DNA of 63,154 nt, the filler included, from Phoronis australis (Eukaryota; Animalia; Phoronida): the NCBI GenBank assembly GCA_002633005.1. It is 9 parts of 9 records of this genome, joined end to end, with 100 filler letters (N's around TTAATTAATTAA, not from the genome) between each part and the next. Parts side by side here need not be neighbours in the genome. Positions count along the whole stretch, not along the records: positions 1 to 19,442 come from NMRA01001362.1; 8 more parts are not named here. One strand, 5' to 3'. Both the position numbers and the translations under genes were made by a program. The notes beneath the pieces were generated by a model. The model saw nothing but the letters and a program-made list of their open reading frames with translations. It was not told where the DNA came from and did no database searches. This document shows positions 1 through 14,440 of this stretch, in pieces; the stretch's first letter is position 1, and every line of letters begins with the position of its first letter.

Positions 1-1297
1 TATTCACTCTCCATCTACGCACAACTTCAAAGCATAGCTACCTTTTAAACAAACCCACACAGACTATCGTCTGACACTCGTGAAATGCAAAATCACGAAA
101 AGTCGCACTGATTCAGCGCTCCCTCTATTCGCATCGAGACTAGCTTCTATATTATCGTCAGCTCTCGCTACATCGACAGGAGTAACGTGGAATGCTGAGT
201 GTTCTGTAACTGTTATTCACTGCCTCATTTACTCCTAAAATAGCATTGTCACAACATCGATTGACGCATATTGAATTTTTTTTCATTAATGCAGTGGTGG
301 GCTGGTGACCCCGGTACGGGAGTCGGCCGGTTACCATATCACAGGTCTGCAACTAACATTTTTGAGGGAGAGTTCGAATTGAACATTTTCTTTGTCGGCG
401 GGAGGTCGAATTTCAAAAGTTTGAACCTTAACTGCCAACGGTGGTCGGTGTTAAGAGCCCGAGAGACTTCAGTAGACAATGTTTTTGGGCAGCAGTTGTT
501 TGGTTACTGGTCAACCCTTGTTCTCAGTGTTGCGTAGAACCCATTGCCTTGTAGGCCTACGTTGATGTCAAAACTTTGATACTGTATCTTTGCGTTTTAT
601 TGGGATGTATCACGTTTGTTGACGTTTGGCGCCTGAGTTAAAAAGTACACTGTAGGCAGAAATTCAGAGTTCATCAGAGAACGGGACGGCAAACAAAATC
701 TGGAATATCATTAGGGGATTGAAGAATTATCGATGACTAAACTGTTATGTGAAATCTGACAGGAAAGCAAATTGTTTTTCTTAACTTTCCTCGTCTTTAG
801 GACTAACTTATATTTTAACTTGCCTAGTCGGACAAGTAGAAATGAATTGTACTTGTCCTGACCTATACGACACTTGTCCGCTGGTAATTAAACTCAAATT
901 ATACTTTTCAAACATATATGAAAGTTGCACATTATACCTGTTACCACAAGGTCAATAAACACACATGTATGTAAGAGCATACATTGCACAACTTTTAAAT
1001 TTCGCACAAGTTTATTGAAGTGGGTATTTGGATTTGGATTTCACCAGTGAACACGCCCAAGTTTACATGTTTTTTGCAAGCTGCCCAGTGAGCCATCGAC
1101 TTTTCCCAATGGACACTTGGACAACCAAACACATGCTAACGATTGACAGGTCTTCTTATTGAATACTTTGAACTGTGTAACATTTTATATACATTGTATA
1201 AAGTATTTCTTTTTGAATTCAATGCCGACACCGCACGTGCCCACTTTAGGCATTAGGGGTGCTCAGTCAGGTGCCAAAATAATGAAGCAAAAATTCA

Positions 1298-3899
1298 TCT
1301 TGTATAAAGTCATCAGGCAAATCAAAAGTTAAAAAAAAACAGTTTTTATTCACCTGGAGCGTGGACACAATGTTTGACTTGCGCTAATGACAAGTTGATT
1401 TTTTGCGCTCTTGATTTTGGTTGGGCGCTTCCTTTTTTGGTGTCAGGAGTGAAGTTATTAAAAGCATGCATTTACCAAGATGGGTACAGCGACGCAAGTT
1501 GGCTTGGAGTCACAGTGGACCACGTCTTTTTATTTCAATACACATGGTGGTTATGTTTCTTGTACTGTCACCGGGAATCACAGAAAGGCTGGCCACGGAC
1601 GTGATATCCTTGTCAAGCCTGTCTCCTTCAATAAAGGGCATGAGAATACGTATTTTACCGCTATAGTAAGGCAATGTCCCGTTTTCACTAAAACTGGCGT
1701 GAGTTCAAAACGCTAAAAACTATGCTAGGACCTAGCTAAAATCAAAATTTTGCCAGATTACGTTAGATACTGCCGTGTATTTGGCTAGAACTATTCGAAT
1801 AAAAGTGCCTTGGATCGCGTCTAGTCATTATCTAAACAACACTTCCGATTTGCCATGCACCGCATATTACCAACACTGATGGCTAAACAAGTGCGTTATC
1901 CCTGCCGCTTCGAAGAAGCCCTGATCGTCCAAATTTACTATAGTTTCCAAAAATTTAACTTGTCCTGTCGGACAAGCTGCTCGGCCGTGAGCTTGTCCGG
2001 ACTAACAAATTGCTGTCCCGGGCAGTCGGACTACCGTTAATGTCGAACAAACCGTTGCACACGCACTTCAATCACGGCAATCCATACCCCACAGCTGCTT
2101 TTGACCCTTGTATTGACCCTTCAACATGGGAATAGCATTCGCTAGTAAGAAGGACTTTAAAAATTGGCGGCAATGAAGTGCGGTGAGTTTGAGTATGATT
2201 CGAGTCTTATCACGGAGATTGGATACCAGGGCCAGGTAAACTAGTATAAGCATATGTCTTGGATTGAACAATTTTTTAAAATTATATTTTTTATAAGTTA
2301 CTGATAATTTGTAACATATTTTTTCAAGTCTTAATAATTGAAAACGGCAGATGAACATAATAATNTTTGCTCGACACGATTCAGAGACTTCAATATTTAC
2401 AGATGCAATATCCATGTTTTTCTCCAAATCCAGAAGTTTTTAATGACGCTTGGACTTCTGAGCCTTTTTCTGGCGTTTTAACACTTTCTGAAGAGCCCTG
2501 CGACGCTTCAGTGCTTGTTGGGAGTGTTTCGACATTATCAAACTGGTACCACTGGAATTGGGAGGAATGTGAAGTTCTGAAACCAGGTTGAGCAGTTATT
2601 AGTTTTATTGACCGATTCCTCATATTGCTCATTACACTGGATACAGAACAGAAATTCATCATGCAGAATGAGATTTTGGAAATCGAGACACGTGCTCATG
2701 ACTGAACTGGCTCACGAAGTACGTATACATGTATACTCAGGAATAAATACAAGAGACGAGGTAGGGGATGTCGGAGACGTGTTGCTGAGATGAGATGAGT
2801 TATTCAATTTTGTGTTCTTGTATAAAGTCATCAGGCAAATCAAAAGTTCAAAAAAAAAACAGTTTTTATTCACGTGGAGCGTGGACAGAATGTTTGACTT
2901 GCGCTAATGACAAGTTGATTTTTTGCGCTCTTGACTTTGGTTGGGCGCTTCCATTTTGGTGTCAGGAGTGAAGTTATTAAAAACATGCATTTTCCAAGAC
3001 GGGTACAGCGACGCAAGTTGGCTTGGAGTCACAGTTGACCACGTCTTTTTTATTTCAATACACATGGTTGTTATGTTTCTTGTACTGTCACGGGGAATCA
3101 CAGAAATGCTGGCCACGGACGTGATATCCTTGTCAAGCCTGTGTCTCCTTCAATAAAGGGCATGAGAATACGTATTTTACCGCTATAGTAAGGCAATGTC
3201 CCGGTTTCAATAAAACTGGTGTGAGTTCAAAACGCTAAAAACTATGCTAGGAATAGCCAAAATCAAAATTTTGCCAGATTACGTTAGATACTGCTGTGTA
3301 TTTGGCTAGAACTATTCGAATAAAAGTGCGTTGGATCGCGTCCAGTCAGGAGCTCCTGCATTATCTAAACAACACTTTGCCGATTTGCCATGCACCGCAT
3401 ATCACCGACACTGATGGCTAAACAAGTGCGTTATCCCTGCCGCTTCGAAGAAGTTCTGATCGTCCAAATTTACTATAGTTTCCAAAAATTTAACTTGGCC
3501 TATCGGACAAGCTGCTCGGCCGTGAGCTTGTCCGGACTAACAAATTGCTGTCCCGGGCAGTCGGACTACCGTTAATGTCGAACAAACCGTTGCACACGCA
3601 CTTCAATCACGGCAATCCATACCCCACAGCTGCTTTTGACCCTTGTATTGACTCGTCGACATGGGATTAGCATTCGCCAGTAAGAAGGACTTTAAAAATT
3701 GGCTGCAATGGAGTGCGGTGAGTTTGAGTATGATTCGAGTCTTATCACGGAGATTGGATACCAGGACCAGGTAAACTAGTATAAGCATATGTCTTGGATT
3801 GAACAATTTTTTAAAATTATAATTTTTATAAGTTACTGATAATTTGTAACATATTTTTTCAAGTCTTAATAATTGAAAACGGCAGATGAACATAATAAT
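1298..3899. repeat. ~1.07-kb direct duplication (1298-2364 vs 2816-3899), probably two alleles assembled in tandem
   Basis: Near-identical copies with scattered SNPs and small indels; copy 1 ends at a single N (2365). Confidence 0.8.
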
Positions 3900-6324
3900 C
3901 TCTTCTGTATATAGAAACTCTCACGCTGCTGCTAGACACACATACTATCCCAGAATGCAATAGAGAGGAACTGGTGTGGGGCATGCGCATTGAGATTTGC
4001 ACGTTCGCTATTAGATTGTGGATTGATATATTTACCTGCATGTGTGTACATGGGTGTGCGTTTCCGTCCCTTTGAATTCAGTAGAACCCGATGGTAAGCT
4101 AAGTATAGGCAGCCCTCCGTCGTTGCTCAAAAACTATAACCATGTTTACTTGCTTTAAGAAAACACCCAAAGAGCACGTTCACATTTTTGGGGAAAGTAG
4201 GTCTAAACCCAAAATAAAAACTGTGGTAAATGAAGTCAATACTGTAAGTGGTGCACGGCCTCACAGACTTCATACGAAGAAATGACTTGATGGAAAATAT
4301 TTCGTAGGTTCAATGCAACAATTCTGAAGGTTTGCTACCCCTAACGTCCACTTCTAAGACGGTTCACGACCTTCGAAAGTACACTGCTTTGAAAGTCCCC
4401 AATTCCAAAAAGAAGAACTCCGACAGTTATATTTTAAATGTCAGCACAGCCACAGGATTCGCATTCACTTGATATCCAGGTTTCACACGCTTGCGACTGT
4501 TTACTGGGGAGACTGAGCTCAGAAGATTTGTAGACACCTTTGTGCAATACTCGATTGACAGCCAGTGAAGCCAGGATTCGAATTCCGATCTTCCAAACAA
4601 GAGTCCCGAATTCAAGCAGGTAATCATTCTGATTGTCTACTAATGAGTCGCAACAAACACGAATAAATTATTTTATTTGTGTCTATTAGTTACCAGTTAG
4701 TGGGTGTGCAAAGTTGACTTCGTCTAGTTTTTAATACATTGATTTCATTTTTTATACAAATGACCTCAGTTTCAATCACTGCCAATCGTGGTTCTTGAAT
4801 ATAACTGACAACTCATTATCAAGAATGGAAAACACCTCAGGTACGGGTCAGGTCTGCGGCTACCAACGGTTTTAAATTTAAGAAGACCGAATAGGGGCTC
4901 ACTAACTTTGTGAAGACTGGGAGGAACAGGGTACCCTGCTAATGTCATTTTTTCCGGTGGGTGAGGTTCATGCGCAGCAGCCCTAAACTTTTCTGTTGCG
5001 CTGTGAAACTAATGGGCCATAACATGGATTTGATGAATGTGTCGTTTTTGATAATACATCAAAATTCCCACTCCTTATTTTTCAAAATGCAATGATGTTC
5101 TCATTTTTCCGTGTTCTTAAGACATGCAGGCAATTTTGGCAAGCACATGATTTCCAAACAATATATATTAGTTCCCGTGCGTTGTTTGGTATAGGCACAC
5201 CGTTCAGTGTATGTGTCATTCATTTTTTAATGTAAAGGTTTACAAATTACACACGAGTTGAATGAGTTAGATGTTTTCGCAGTAGTGAACCTTGGAATAG
5301 CAAATAGTGAGAAGTGGACTGTTCCCATTCTAACTATGTAAGCAACTTAAGTAACACGCAAGAAATAAACTAGATAAACATGAATTTCGTCAAGTTAGTT
5401 TTCCGACTAAATATTTCTGTCCTACTAGGTTTAATCACTCATTTAAGCATGCCTGAGTTGAAAATTTGGCAGGAAGTAACACGAGAACGTGTTAGACCAC
5501 CTTACATCCGACTTGAGTCCCGTTCTTTGCGAGCAACCATCACGGCATCCTCAACACTGGCATTACTAATTGCGCCTCATCTCCAAAACTGGTAGTCATT
5601 GTTGTGTAAACAAACTTTACTTCCCTCTGATTAAGCTGCGTCAACTTAGGGCCTTAATTAAAACTCCACAGTGTCGATGTTTGCAAAATATCAAAGGTCC
5701 ACCGTTAAAAACTTGGAACCACACCCTGCGCAATGCTGACTACCGGCCTGATCTATAATGTGTCTCTCGCTGTATTGTGTTGGTGTTTGTGCCCTCTGAC
5801 GGATGTTCAGCACAATACACGTCCCTAACACAAAATCACATTCATCGCAAGAACACTTAGTAATATTAACATTTGCATTAGAGTTAACGCTTCAGACTCC
5901 TTGCGTGGTTTGCATAAAAACATCTGCGATACCTTGATCAGGAGTAAGGTTGTTCCCATAGAAGACGCATAAATGTACTGATCAATGACATCAGAATAGA
6001 GACGTGTGACCTATCGTAGTCGCCACCATATATCCAACCCCTGTCCTGTGCCCCTAATTTACCTCCCCTACACAAATGCCCAAACCAATCTGTCCCTAAT
6101 CGCCGCTCACTCTCGCACCCTGTTTCCTTGCGCTCGACCACACACTCTGTGGACAGTGACACTGACGGAAAACACTTCAAGCCATTAACATATTTACAAA
6201 GAAGGATTAACTTGTTACGGGAGATATACGTACCTGTAGGTGGGCACGAGTTCCTCCACCCTCCTTCATCCTCTTGCACATCAATTTTAGCAGTCCCGGC
6301 CCAGGTTACATGTTGCACCAACAC

Positions 6325-7097
6325 TGCCTGTCGCAGGGTTTGGACATCCTCTGGATTTAGGCCTACTGACCGTTGCATGAGTTCGTTATCTTCTAGGTTT
6401 ACTGCCCGTGGCATGGTTTGGTCATCCTCTGGATTCACTGTCTGTTGTAGGGTTTTGTCATCCTCTAGAATTATTGTCTGTCACAGGGGTTGGACATCAT
6501 CTAGATTTAATTTCTGTCACATGGTTTGTTATCACTCTATATTTACTTTCTGTCGCATGGTTTGGTCATCTTCTAGATTTACAGTCTCTCGCAAGGTTTT
6601 GTAATCCGCTAGACTTACTGTTTGTTGCAGGGTTTGATCATCCTCTAAATTTACTGTCTGTCGCAGAGTTTGATCATCCTCAAGATTTAATGTCCACAAG
6701 AGGGTTTGGTCTTGCTCTAGATTTACTGCATGTTGCAGGGTTTGATCATTATCTAGATTTACTTTCTGTCGCAGAGTTTGATCATCCTCCAGATTTAATG
6801 TCCATAACAGGATTTGGTCTTGCTCTAGATTTACTGTCTACAACATGGATTGGTTATTGTCTAGATTTACTGTCTGTCGCAGGGTTTAGTCATCAGCTAG
6901 ATTAACAGTCTGTCACAGGGTTTGGACATCGTCTAGATTTACTGTCTGCCGCATGGTTTTGGTGATCATCCAGATTTACTGCATGTTACTTGGTTTGGAC
7001 ATCCTTTAGAGTTAATGTCTGTCACATGGTTTGGTCATGCTCTAGATTTACTGTCTGTCGCATGATTTAGTTTTCCTCTATATTTACTGCCTGTCCC
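6325..7097. repeat. Degenerate 36-bp minisatellite (~20 units)
   Basis: Recurring unit ~TCTAGATTTACTGTCTGTCGCAGGGTTTGGTCATCC; gives 12-aa periodicity in the ORFs on both strands. Confidence 0.9.
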
Positions 7098-7109
7098 CTT
7101 CCAAAAATG

Positions 7110-7285
7110 AACTTTACTTTTTTGCCAAAAACTTAAGTTTTTCAGCACAGTGTTAACTTGTTCAGAAAACTTAATTTTTTTCAGAAAACATATTTTTTCA
7201 GGTGTAAAACTTAAGTTTTCACAAATAAATTTAAGTTTCAAGTTTTTCTGATAACTTAACTTTATCACAAAACTTAAGTTAAGGT
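7110..7285. repeat. AT-rich short repeat cluster built on the palindrome AAAACTTAAGTTTT
   Basis: AACTTAAGTT and variants recur several times directly after the 36-bp array. Confidence 0.6.
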
Positions 7286-10200
7286 TTCTATGTGATGAAA
7301 ATTTACGTTTTCAAGTTTTTAAAATTTGAATATAGTGAGATATTTAATTTTTGGTTCGAAAATTTTCCCATTATTTTCCAACAAAAAATTATTGTTTGCT
7401 CATGCAAAACCCATCATCTCATAAAAATCTTGACCGAATGTTTCCTCAACATTTATATAGACACAAACCATAAAACGACGAAAGTTTAACTTGGTAAGTA
7501 CTGATTTAGTGCAATTACGTAATCACTATCGCGCGTCTTTGTGTATTTAAATGTAGACGAACATCCGGTGACCAGCAGCAGTAAGACTAACAAAAGAGTT
7601 GCAATTTATTTCCTTCACTATTTTGAGCACATCACCTTCATGTGAACTGAGGAGGTCGAGTTATCAAAAACGTTTCGGTGTACTTTACAATGCATTTAAT
7701 CTCAAATACGGCGTCTGTATTTTTGTTGTTCTAATTGTACTGAACTATGCTATAGACAAACACGTCCACTGTTTGTAAAAAAACTCCCGACCTGGTCTTG
7801 CACTTCAAAAGCTACATTGGGGATAGAAACTTAAATAAATAAGTAATCGAATTGATAACAATATTTGAGAGAGGTATCTGTAAGTTTTTTATTTAAATGT
7901 TTTATTATAATCGAGGGTAGTTATGCTATGAATGTACCTTCATTAAACATGAAAAGTTCCTTTACATGTTAAAAATGTGTCCAGGTTATGATAACAATGA
8001 CTCGCAAGCATCAAAAGCATTTTTATAATCTTTTGCCGTTCTTTTTTCAGAAATTATACGTATTTACTGGTTGATGCGACGTAGATATCCTGGTAACTGA
8101 CTTTGAAATAAAGTTCTCTAATAAGGTCCTAGGTCATACATAACCTTAAATGAGGTCTTAAATCTGAGGATAACTGATATCTCAGAGATTTGAATACACA
8201 TTCTGACTTGAGCAAACTCTCCCTACGCTTAAATTCTGACAGACTCACCGTCCAAGTATCCACTTCCTCATAAACAAACTAGTTGTCAGGTGAAGTCGGT
8301 TATTTGTAAAACGTCATAAATTAAAATTATTCGTTTCCCCTTTGTTTTTTTCATTTTTTTATTCCGTTTTGGCTTATAAACAACAAATTATGCCTTCCAT
8401 ACCTGTTGAAGAACTTCAAAGCAAGATTGAACTACGTGATTAGACTTGAGGTCACGCTGAACTTGTTACAAGAAGACATATAACTCTGACTAAAATTTTA
8501 ACGTTTGAAAACAAACGAATGCTGCTTTGTTATGTTAGTGACAAATCTGAAACTAGTTTTAAAAATGTGATATTTTAATTCTATTGTTGACGACCTGTTG
8601 GCAGCTTATAGCCTGTAGGTAAAATCAATGTTGCAGTTTGCCAGCTACGCTGTGTTTAGCCGTACTGATCACAAGTCAATAACAATCCTACATGGATGGA
8701 ACCCATCACATAATTGATAGCCTTTGAACTGAGTGTTGGTTCTATTATGTTTATCTGCACGTGACATCTACCTGACGTGAAGTTGTTTAAAGCCGGATAT
8801 TTATGTTTTATCCATTATATCAATGAACCCACAAAGTGTACGATGAAAACGAAAATGGTGTTCTTCCTAATCCTTTCTTGAAAAGTGGCGTTAAGAGAAG
8901 ACCATAGTAATAAAGACCACTTTAATGTTTGTAAAACTCAAAATAACAATGGTGTTTGATATTATCGACTATTAATGAGTGCGTCCCAATGTCTGTTTCT
9001 AGAGATGAAATACAGGATGGAAGTAGGCATTATAAATCATTTATTATGACTGAGTAAAAGAACAGATTAATAAATAATGATAAATCATGATCATTATTTA
9101 TGCATGTATAATAGTTGGAATGTTGTTCAACAAATAAGAGTGTAAGAGATAGTTTGCGGGTCAAACATTACAATTATTGATCATCAAAGTGATTGTTGAA
9201 ATATGCATGCGCGGAGTGATACAGCAACCCTGCACAGCGGTGCAAAATCGAAAAAGCGCTAACAGGTAACAGACGGTGAAACAACAATATTTAAGGAGAA
9301 AAATACAATTGATACTCAGCATATGTCTCAAGCTCTGCTTAAGGAGAGTGGAAGTTTGGAGAACTATGTCGTTTTATCACGACTGAGGACAACACTTTCT
9401 GTAATACTGTCAAATTCCACTCACCGTAGTCTCCGCTTAAATAATTGCGAATTTCTAAAGTTTACATTCAACCACTATTTCTTACATGTCATACCATAGA
9501 GAGTGCAGCTACAGTTTGGGTAGTTTATGTGCTGGTCTGCAAAATTTAACCATATTGTTGTTACAGCAATTAAGCGATTCAGATACGTTTTGAATAATGC
9601 TGGGACAAATATGCAGCCCTGTGCTGTTAATTCATACAGAGCTGGACTTCGATAAAACGTAAAACATTCGAATTAGTGTAAGAACATTGGCTCGAACCTA
9701 AAGTGGACATTTTATAAATTCAACAAGGCTTTCACGCAAAAAGTTACTAAATATCTATATCAGTCGGTAGTGAGACGGAAATTCCACAAAAGCCCAACAG
9801 GTACTCTTTTTAATTTAGAAGAATCTGAGAGAATTTTGTGAAAGCTTTTTAGATCTTTGTGGAAGGATTCAACTCTCCTTACTTGAATATTGTGGCGGAG
9901 TCCAATTCAAGGAATATTGTGGAAGGGATCAACTCCTTGAAGCCTTTCAATCGATGACAAAGTGGATTTGGGAAGTCTACGTTTAAAAAGGTAAAACGAG
10001 ATCCTACTAACATGCGCTTCAACTCAAATACATCTATAAAAGAATGAAAATCAGTACTAAATGATTATCACAGCGCTGTTAACATCAGTCGAAGGTAAAA
10101 GAAACTGTATTCTTTTCAGCTACACATACATGTATATCGCCAAGCCATGAACAGGTTTTCAGACGAATATACATGTGCAGCTCAATGTCACTGAAGCAAA

Positions 10201-11033
10201 CGTTCTGTATTAGATCGCATTGTCAAGGGGCTACGTGATGACACGCGTCACTTTGACCGTCCATTGCATGGTCGTTGTCCATCAGAGCAACACAGTGAAC
10301 GTAAGGTCAAGCTGGGGCTGACGTCAGTGGTTGGGAGACTTATACACCTGAAAAGTTGAACAGCACGTTTAGGAAAATGTAATTATTACTTCAACTATTG
10401 CCAAACTCAAACTTAGCATTTATCCGCATATCTCAGCTGTACAATGTAAGAATGCAGCTATGCATACACATTTGTACCGTTTCCTGCTGCACAAGGTATA
10501 TTTATGTGCATTTCAGTGACAACTTAACTTTGAATAGACTCATTAAATTGTAAACAAGAAGATGTAGTACACATTCACGAACAACCCTGGCTAATTTGGT
10601 TTGCAGAAAACCATACAAGAACCGGTTAATATTATAATTAAGAGAAAGTCTGGTTATGTGAGAATACTGCTACTCAAATGATAACATTTCACGATTACCC
10701 CAGTGAAACAAGGCACATCATTTCCTCATTTCATTATCAGATAACGTGTACGTAATAATTGGAATCACTATACTGTAGTTTTTTATGTTCACTCGTGTTA
10801 GTAAATGCATCAGTTGTGGTGTTTCCTTTAAAATCATTGCCTTTCATTTACAAATTATTTCTCTTCCTTATTACTGTATACTTGTACGCACTGTTCTTGT
10901 AAAGTGTCTAGTCGGCGATATCTCAAATTTCAAATCATTCACTGTTTTGATGCAAAATAGCATCTTTAGCACCTGGCATTATTTCTTTTTAAACAAATAA
11001 AACAACAGAGCTCTTCAGATAAAGCCAGTACAT

Positions 11034-11259
11034 CTATACCACTGGCAGTTGAGTGTACACGGGAAGTAGGTCAACATCTCTCATACCAAGTTCATTTATA
11101 TCACGTGACAGTTCCTCCACTCGTTCCTTAAGTGCATTCAGACGGAGCAGGCCCAACAGATGGATTAAGTTGCTATATTCCCCAACTGCAATGACCGTTT
11201 GGCTCTCAAGCCGAATGAGAAGTTGCCTAGTGTTTGTTATGTTCTGTAGTATTGCTGGT
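11034..11259 (-). CDS. DED-containing protein, terminal coding exon (PAILQNITNTRQLLIRLESQTVIAVGEYSNLIHLLGLLRLNALKERVEEL...LPVV*)
   Basis: tttcag acceptor; phase matches the 14329-14440 exon (GC|A = Ala); hydrophobic pattern of the C-terminal DED helices; TAG stop. Confidence 0.7.
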
Positions 11260-12787
11260 CTGAAAACAAGAAAACATTCAAGAACACTTCAATCTAAAAT
11301 CACGCCTGCTCAAGTAAAGATTGCACATCAGAATACCTAAACGCTTTCAATGACACGAAGCAGGATGATATATAATGTCTCAGTCGAATAACTTTTTAAT
11401 CCCAGATTGCACTTAATGACCTTAGTTTGAGTTTCGACGTGGAGTCCCAAATTTTCATTCGAGGTTTTAGCTCGATTCCAGGGTCCATCAGATGCAAAGG
11501 TAGGAATGTAATACCATTTTTTTACAAATCGAACTGAACTCAGGCACATATTAATTTATATTTACTTTAGCGGAGTTCACACAAAAGGAGAACAGAAAAT
11601 GCAATTTTTCAAATCTTACTTCGAGTACTAGAACGTTTAGATCTCAATAGCCTCCCGTTCAGTAACGGTAGGACCTTGCTTTAGCTAGGTCTTAGCGTAG
11701 ATCCTAGCGTCTACTGAACGTACGCCAGATTTCGTGACGTGTTAACGGATTTTCCGGCATCACTGGATAGACAAATGCACCGCGGGGCATTGATCTGCAC
11801 ATCCAGTGTGTGCATTTTATTCCGTGCATACCAGCGAGAGTCATGTTTAAAACACCATAGACCGACACTATTAAACTTAACTAGCGCCTCCAAGGGGAAC
11901 AAATTAAGTCAGGAATGTCCTCTTCAACAGTTGCACACCTGCCATTCTGATTGATCTTCTTAAAAATAAGGACTGGGGAGACAGATGACAAACATGTAGG
12001 ACATAAAAACACAGAAACCCAAGTATAATGGGCCAACACAGGTGAAATCAAACATAAGCAGGCTCCGTGTTGTAGTGTACGTGATCGTAACTTATTTTAC
12101 ATAGTTTCAGGAACATACATCAAATAACTTTGACCCAATTTCCCCATCACTTGTACCCTCTTAAGTAGATATTGCATGCACGCACCCCAGGCTAAAATAA
12201 TGGGGGCCGTGCGGACCTTTTACTGTAAAAAGGAGAAGAGGACTAAAAAAAAACGGGGCACTAGGCTCAGACCTGTGAATTGTGCATTCGCGACGAATTT
12301 CTGTGGATTATTATCTCATTGCCTCGGACTTTTTGTTTCTCTGAGACAGATCATTTTGCCCAATTTGACAAATGGGGGCCTTGTTCGAACCCCTGAGCCC
12401 CCCCGTATGCGCTCATGCATTGTTGCTAAATTCAGTGATTATATTCCAAGGAACAGATGTTGAACTGCATTGTAATAAAGATATAATTTTTACAAACGAA
12501 CTAAGATCATCCACGGTCCATGCAGGAGTACCTATTGCAAATTTACCGATTATGTTGACAGTGGTTACTCCAATAGATCTGAAGATGCCAAAACAGTATA
12601 ATGGTAATACGAATGACCATGGGGTGGCGTACCATCAGTTCAATCCATCTAACAAGGTGTTAATGTCTCTTCAATAGAAAATCATTCGCCCTGTTTCATG
12701 TTAATATCTCAAGGATTCTTTAAATACGATGATCGACTCATTCTGAAAATCCTCGTCATCCGTTGTCACGATCATATGAATACATTA

Positions 12788-12949
12788 GACAGACCCAACA
12801 AATATCTCGCAAAATGTTTAGGATCAGATAGAGTCACAGCCGACAGACCCAACAACTATCTCGCAAAATGTTTAGGATCAGATAGAGTCACAGCCGACAG
12901 ACCCAACAAATATCTCGCAAAATGTTTAGGATCAGATATAGTCACAGCC
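12788..12949. repeat. 54-bp tandem repeat x3
   Basis: AGACCCAAC starts at 12791, 12845 and 12899. Confidence 0.95.
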
Positions 12950-14328
12950 AAAAAACAATTACATGTACCTCTAGTAGGTGCGATTCGGAGATTTCCAAAA
13001 GTCACAGTTAGCTGTGCTGTTCTAANNNNNNNNNNNNNNNNNNNNNNNNNNNNNNNNNNNNNNNNNNNNNNNNNNNNNNNNNNNNNNNNNNNNNNNNNNN
13101 NNNNNNNNNNNNNNNNNNNNNNNNNNNNNNNNNNNNNNNNNNNNNNNNNNNNNNNNNNNNNNNNNNNNNNNNNNNNNNNNNNNNNNNNNNNNNNNNNNNN
13201 NNNNNNNNNNNNNNNNNNNNNNNNNNNNNNNNNNNNNNNNNNNNNNNNNNNNNNNNNNNNNNNNNNNNNNNNNNNNNNNNNNNNNNNNNNNNNNNNNNNN
13301 NNNNNNNNNNNNNNNNNNNNNNNNNNNNNNNNNNNNNNNNNNNNNNNNNNNNNNNNNNNNNNNNNNNNNNNNNNNNNNNNNNNNNNNNNNNNNNNNNNNN
13401 NNNNNNNNNNNNNNNNNNNNNNNNNNNNNNNNNNNNNNNNNNNNNNNNNNNNNNNNNNNNNNNNNNNNNNNNNNNNNNNNNNNNNNNNNNNNNNNNNNNN
13501 NNNNNNNNNNNNNNNNNNNNNNNNNNNNNNNNNNNNNNNNNNNNNNNNNNNNNNNNNNNNNNNNNNNNNNNNNNNNNNNNNNNNNNNNNNNNNNNNNNNN
13601 NNNNNNNNNNNNNNNNNNNNNNNNNNNNNNNNNNNNNNNNNNNNNNNNNNNNNNNNNNNNNNNNNNNNNNNNNNNNNNNNNNNNCGAACATGTCTGCAAA
13701 ATTTCCCAAACATCCACCAAGATAATTTTATTGAGACTGTTGTTTTGTTACTGATGTATCTTTCCTCTTGCTAATTTTTATACTTTGAAAAGGTCACGTG
13801 ACCCAATTAATAACGCATTGGTAAATGGTCACAACTCAAGTTCAGTTTTATATATTTTGCTTAATATGCTAACAAGTCGGTTAGCCTCACAGACCATGAA
13901 CAAAACTACACCATTTCAGCAACAGATGGCGCCAATAGTGTCATGTAACTTGGTTTCTCGGTTACTCGTCTCGAAGAGAAAATTTTGTGATTGAGATATT
14001 TAAAAATTACATATGGAGACCTACTTTGACAATGTAACTAATACATTCTGACATTTCGTTTAGATTAATAATTTTGTTTTTACACCAGGGAAAAAAGTGG
14101 AATAGTAAAATAACACACGCTAACACTTGGAATCCATACTTATTCTGTGATCCGGGTGGATCTCTTCGGCTGTTTCTTGACTCAATCAACTGACGCATAA
14201 GCCTTTACATTCAATTTGAAATTTGCGGATGTGAACCCGCCGAAGAAGTGTGAGGATACTTTTGAAATGTTTAATACACTGTGAGTAGATTATTTGCATT
14301 CGTAAAAATGAAATGTTGTTTTTCTTAC

Positions 14329-14440
14329 GCAATCCAAACACCACAGAAGGTCTTTAGTCTTTCAAAATCAGGGTCAATGATTCCGTCAGCAACCTCCAGT
14401 AGTAGCTGGTGATGAAGTTCTGCTCGGTCTCTCCGTGCTT
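14329..14440 (-). CDS. DED-containing protein, internal exon (ARRDRAELHHQLLLEVADGIIDPDFERLKTFCGVWIA)
   Basis: tttcag acceptor and gtaaga donor; open frame; LLLEV...DFERLKTFC resembles the DED N-terminal pattern (LL.i...L...dl..LKFlC). Confidence 0.72.

Noticed and set aside
2390-2662. Minus-strand exon-like ORF
   Set aside because: Two frames are equally plausible, no recognisable homology, and it lies at an assembly join
7646-7680. CTGAGGA...AAAACGTT hammerhead-like remnant
   Set aside because: GAAA is mutated and there is no stem II
11053-11340. Plus-strand 95-aa ORF
   Set aside because: Antisense shadow of the DED exon
12698-13774. Long ORFs of 232-358 aa
   Set aside because: They are mostly the N gap plus a 54-bp repeat
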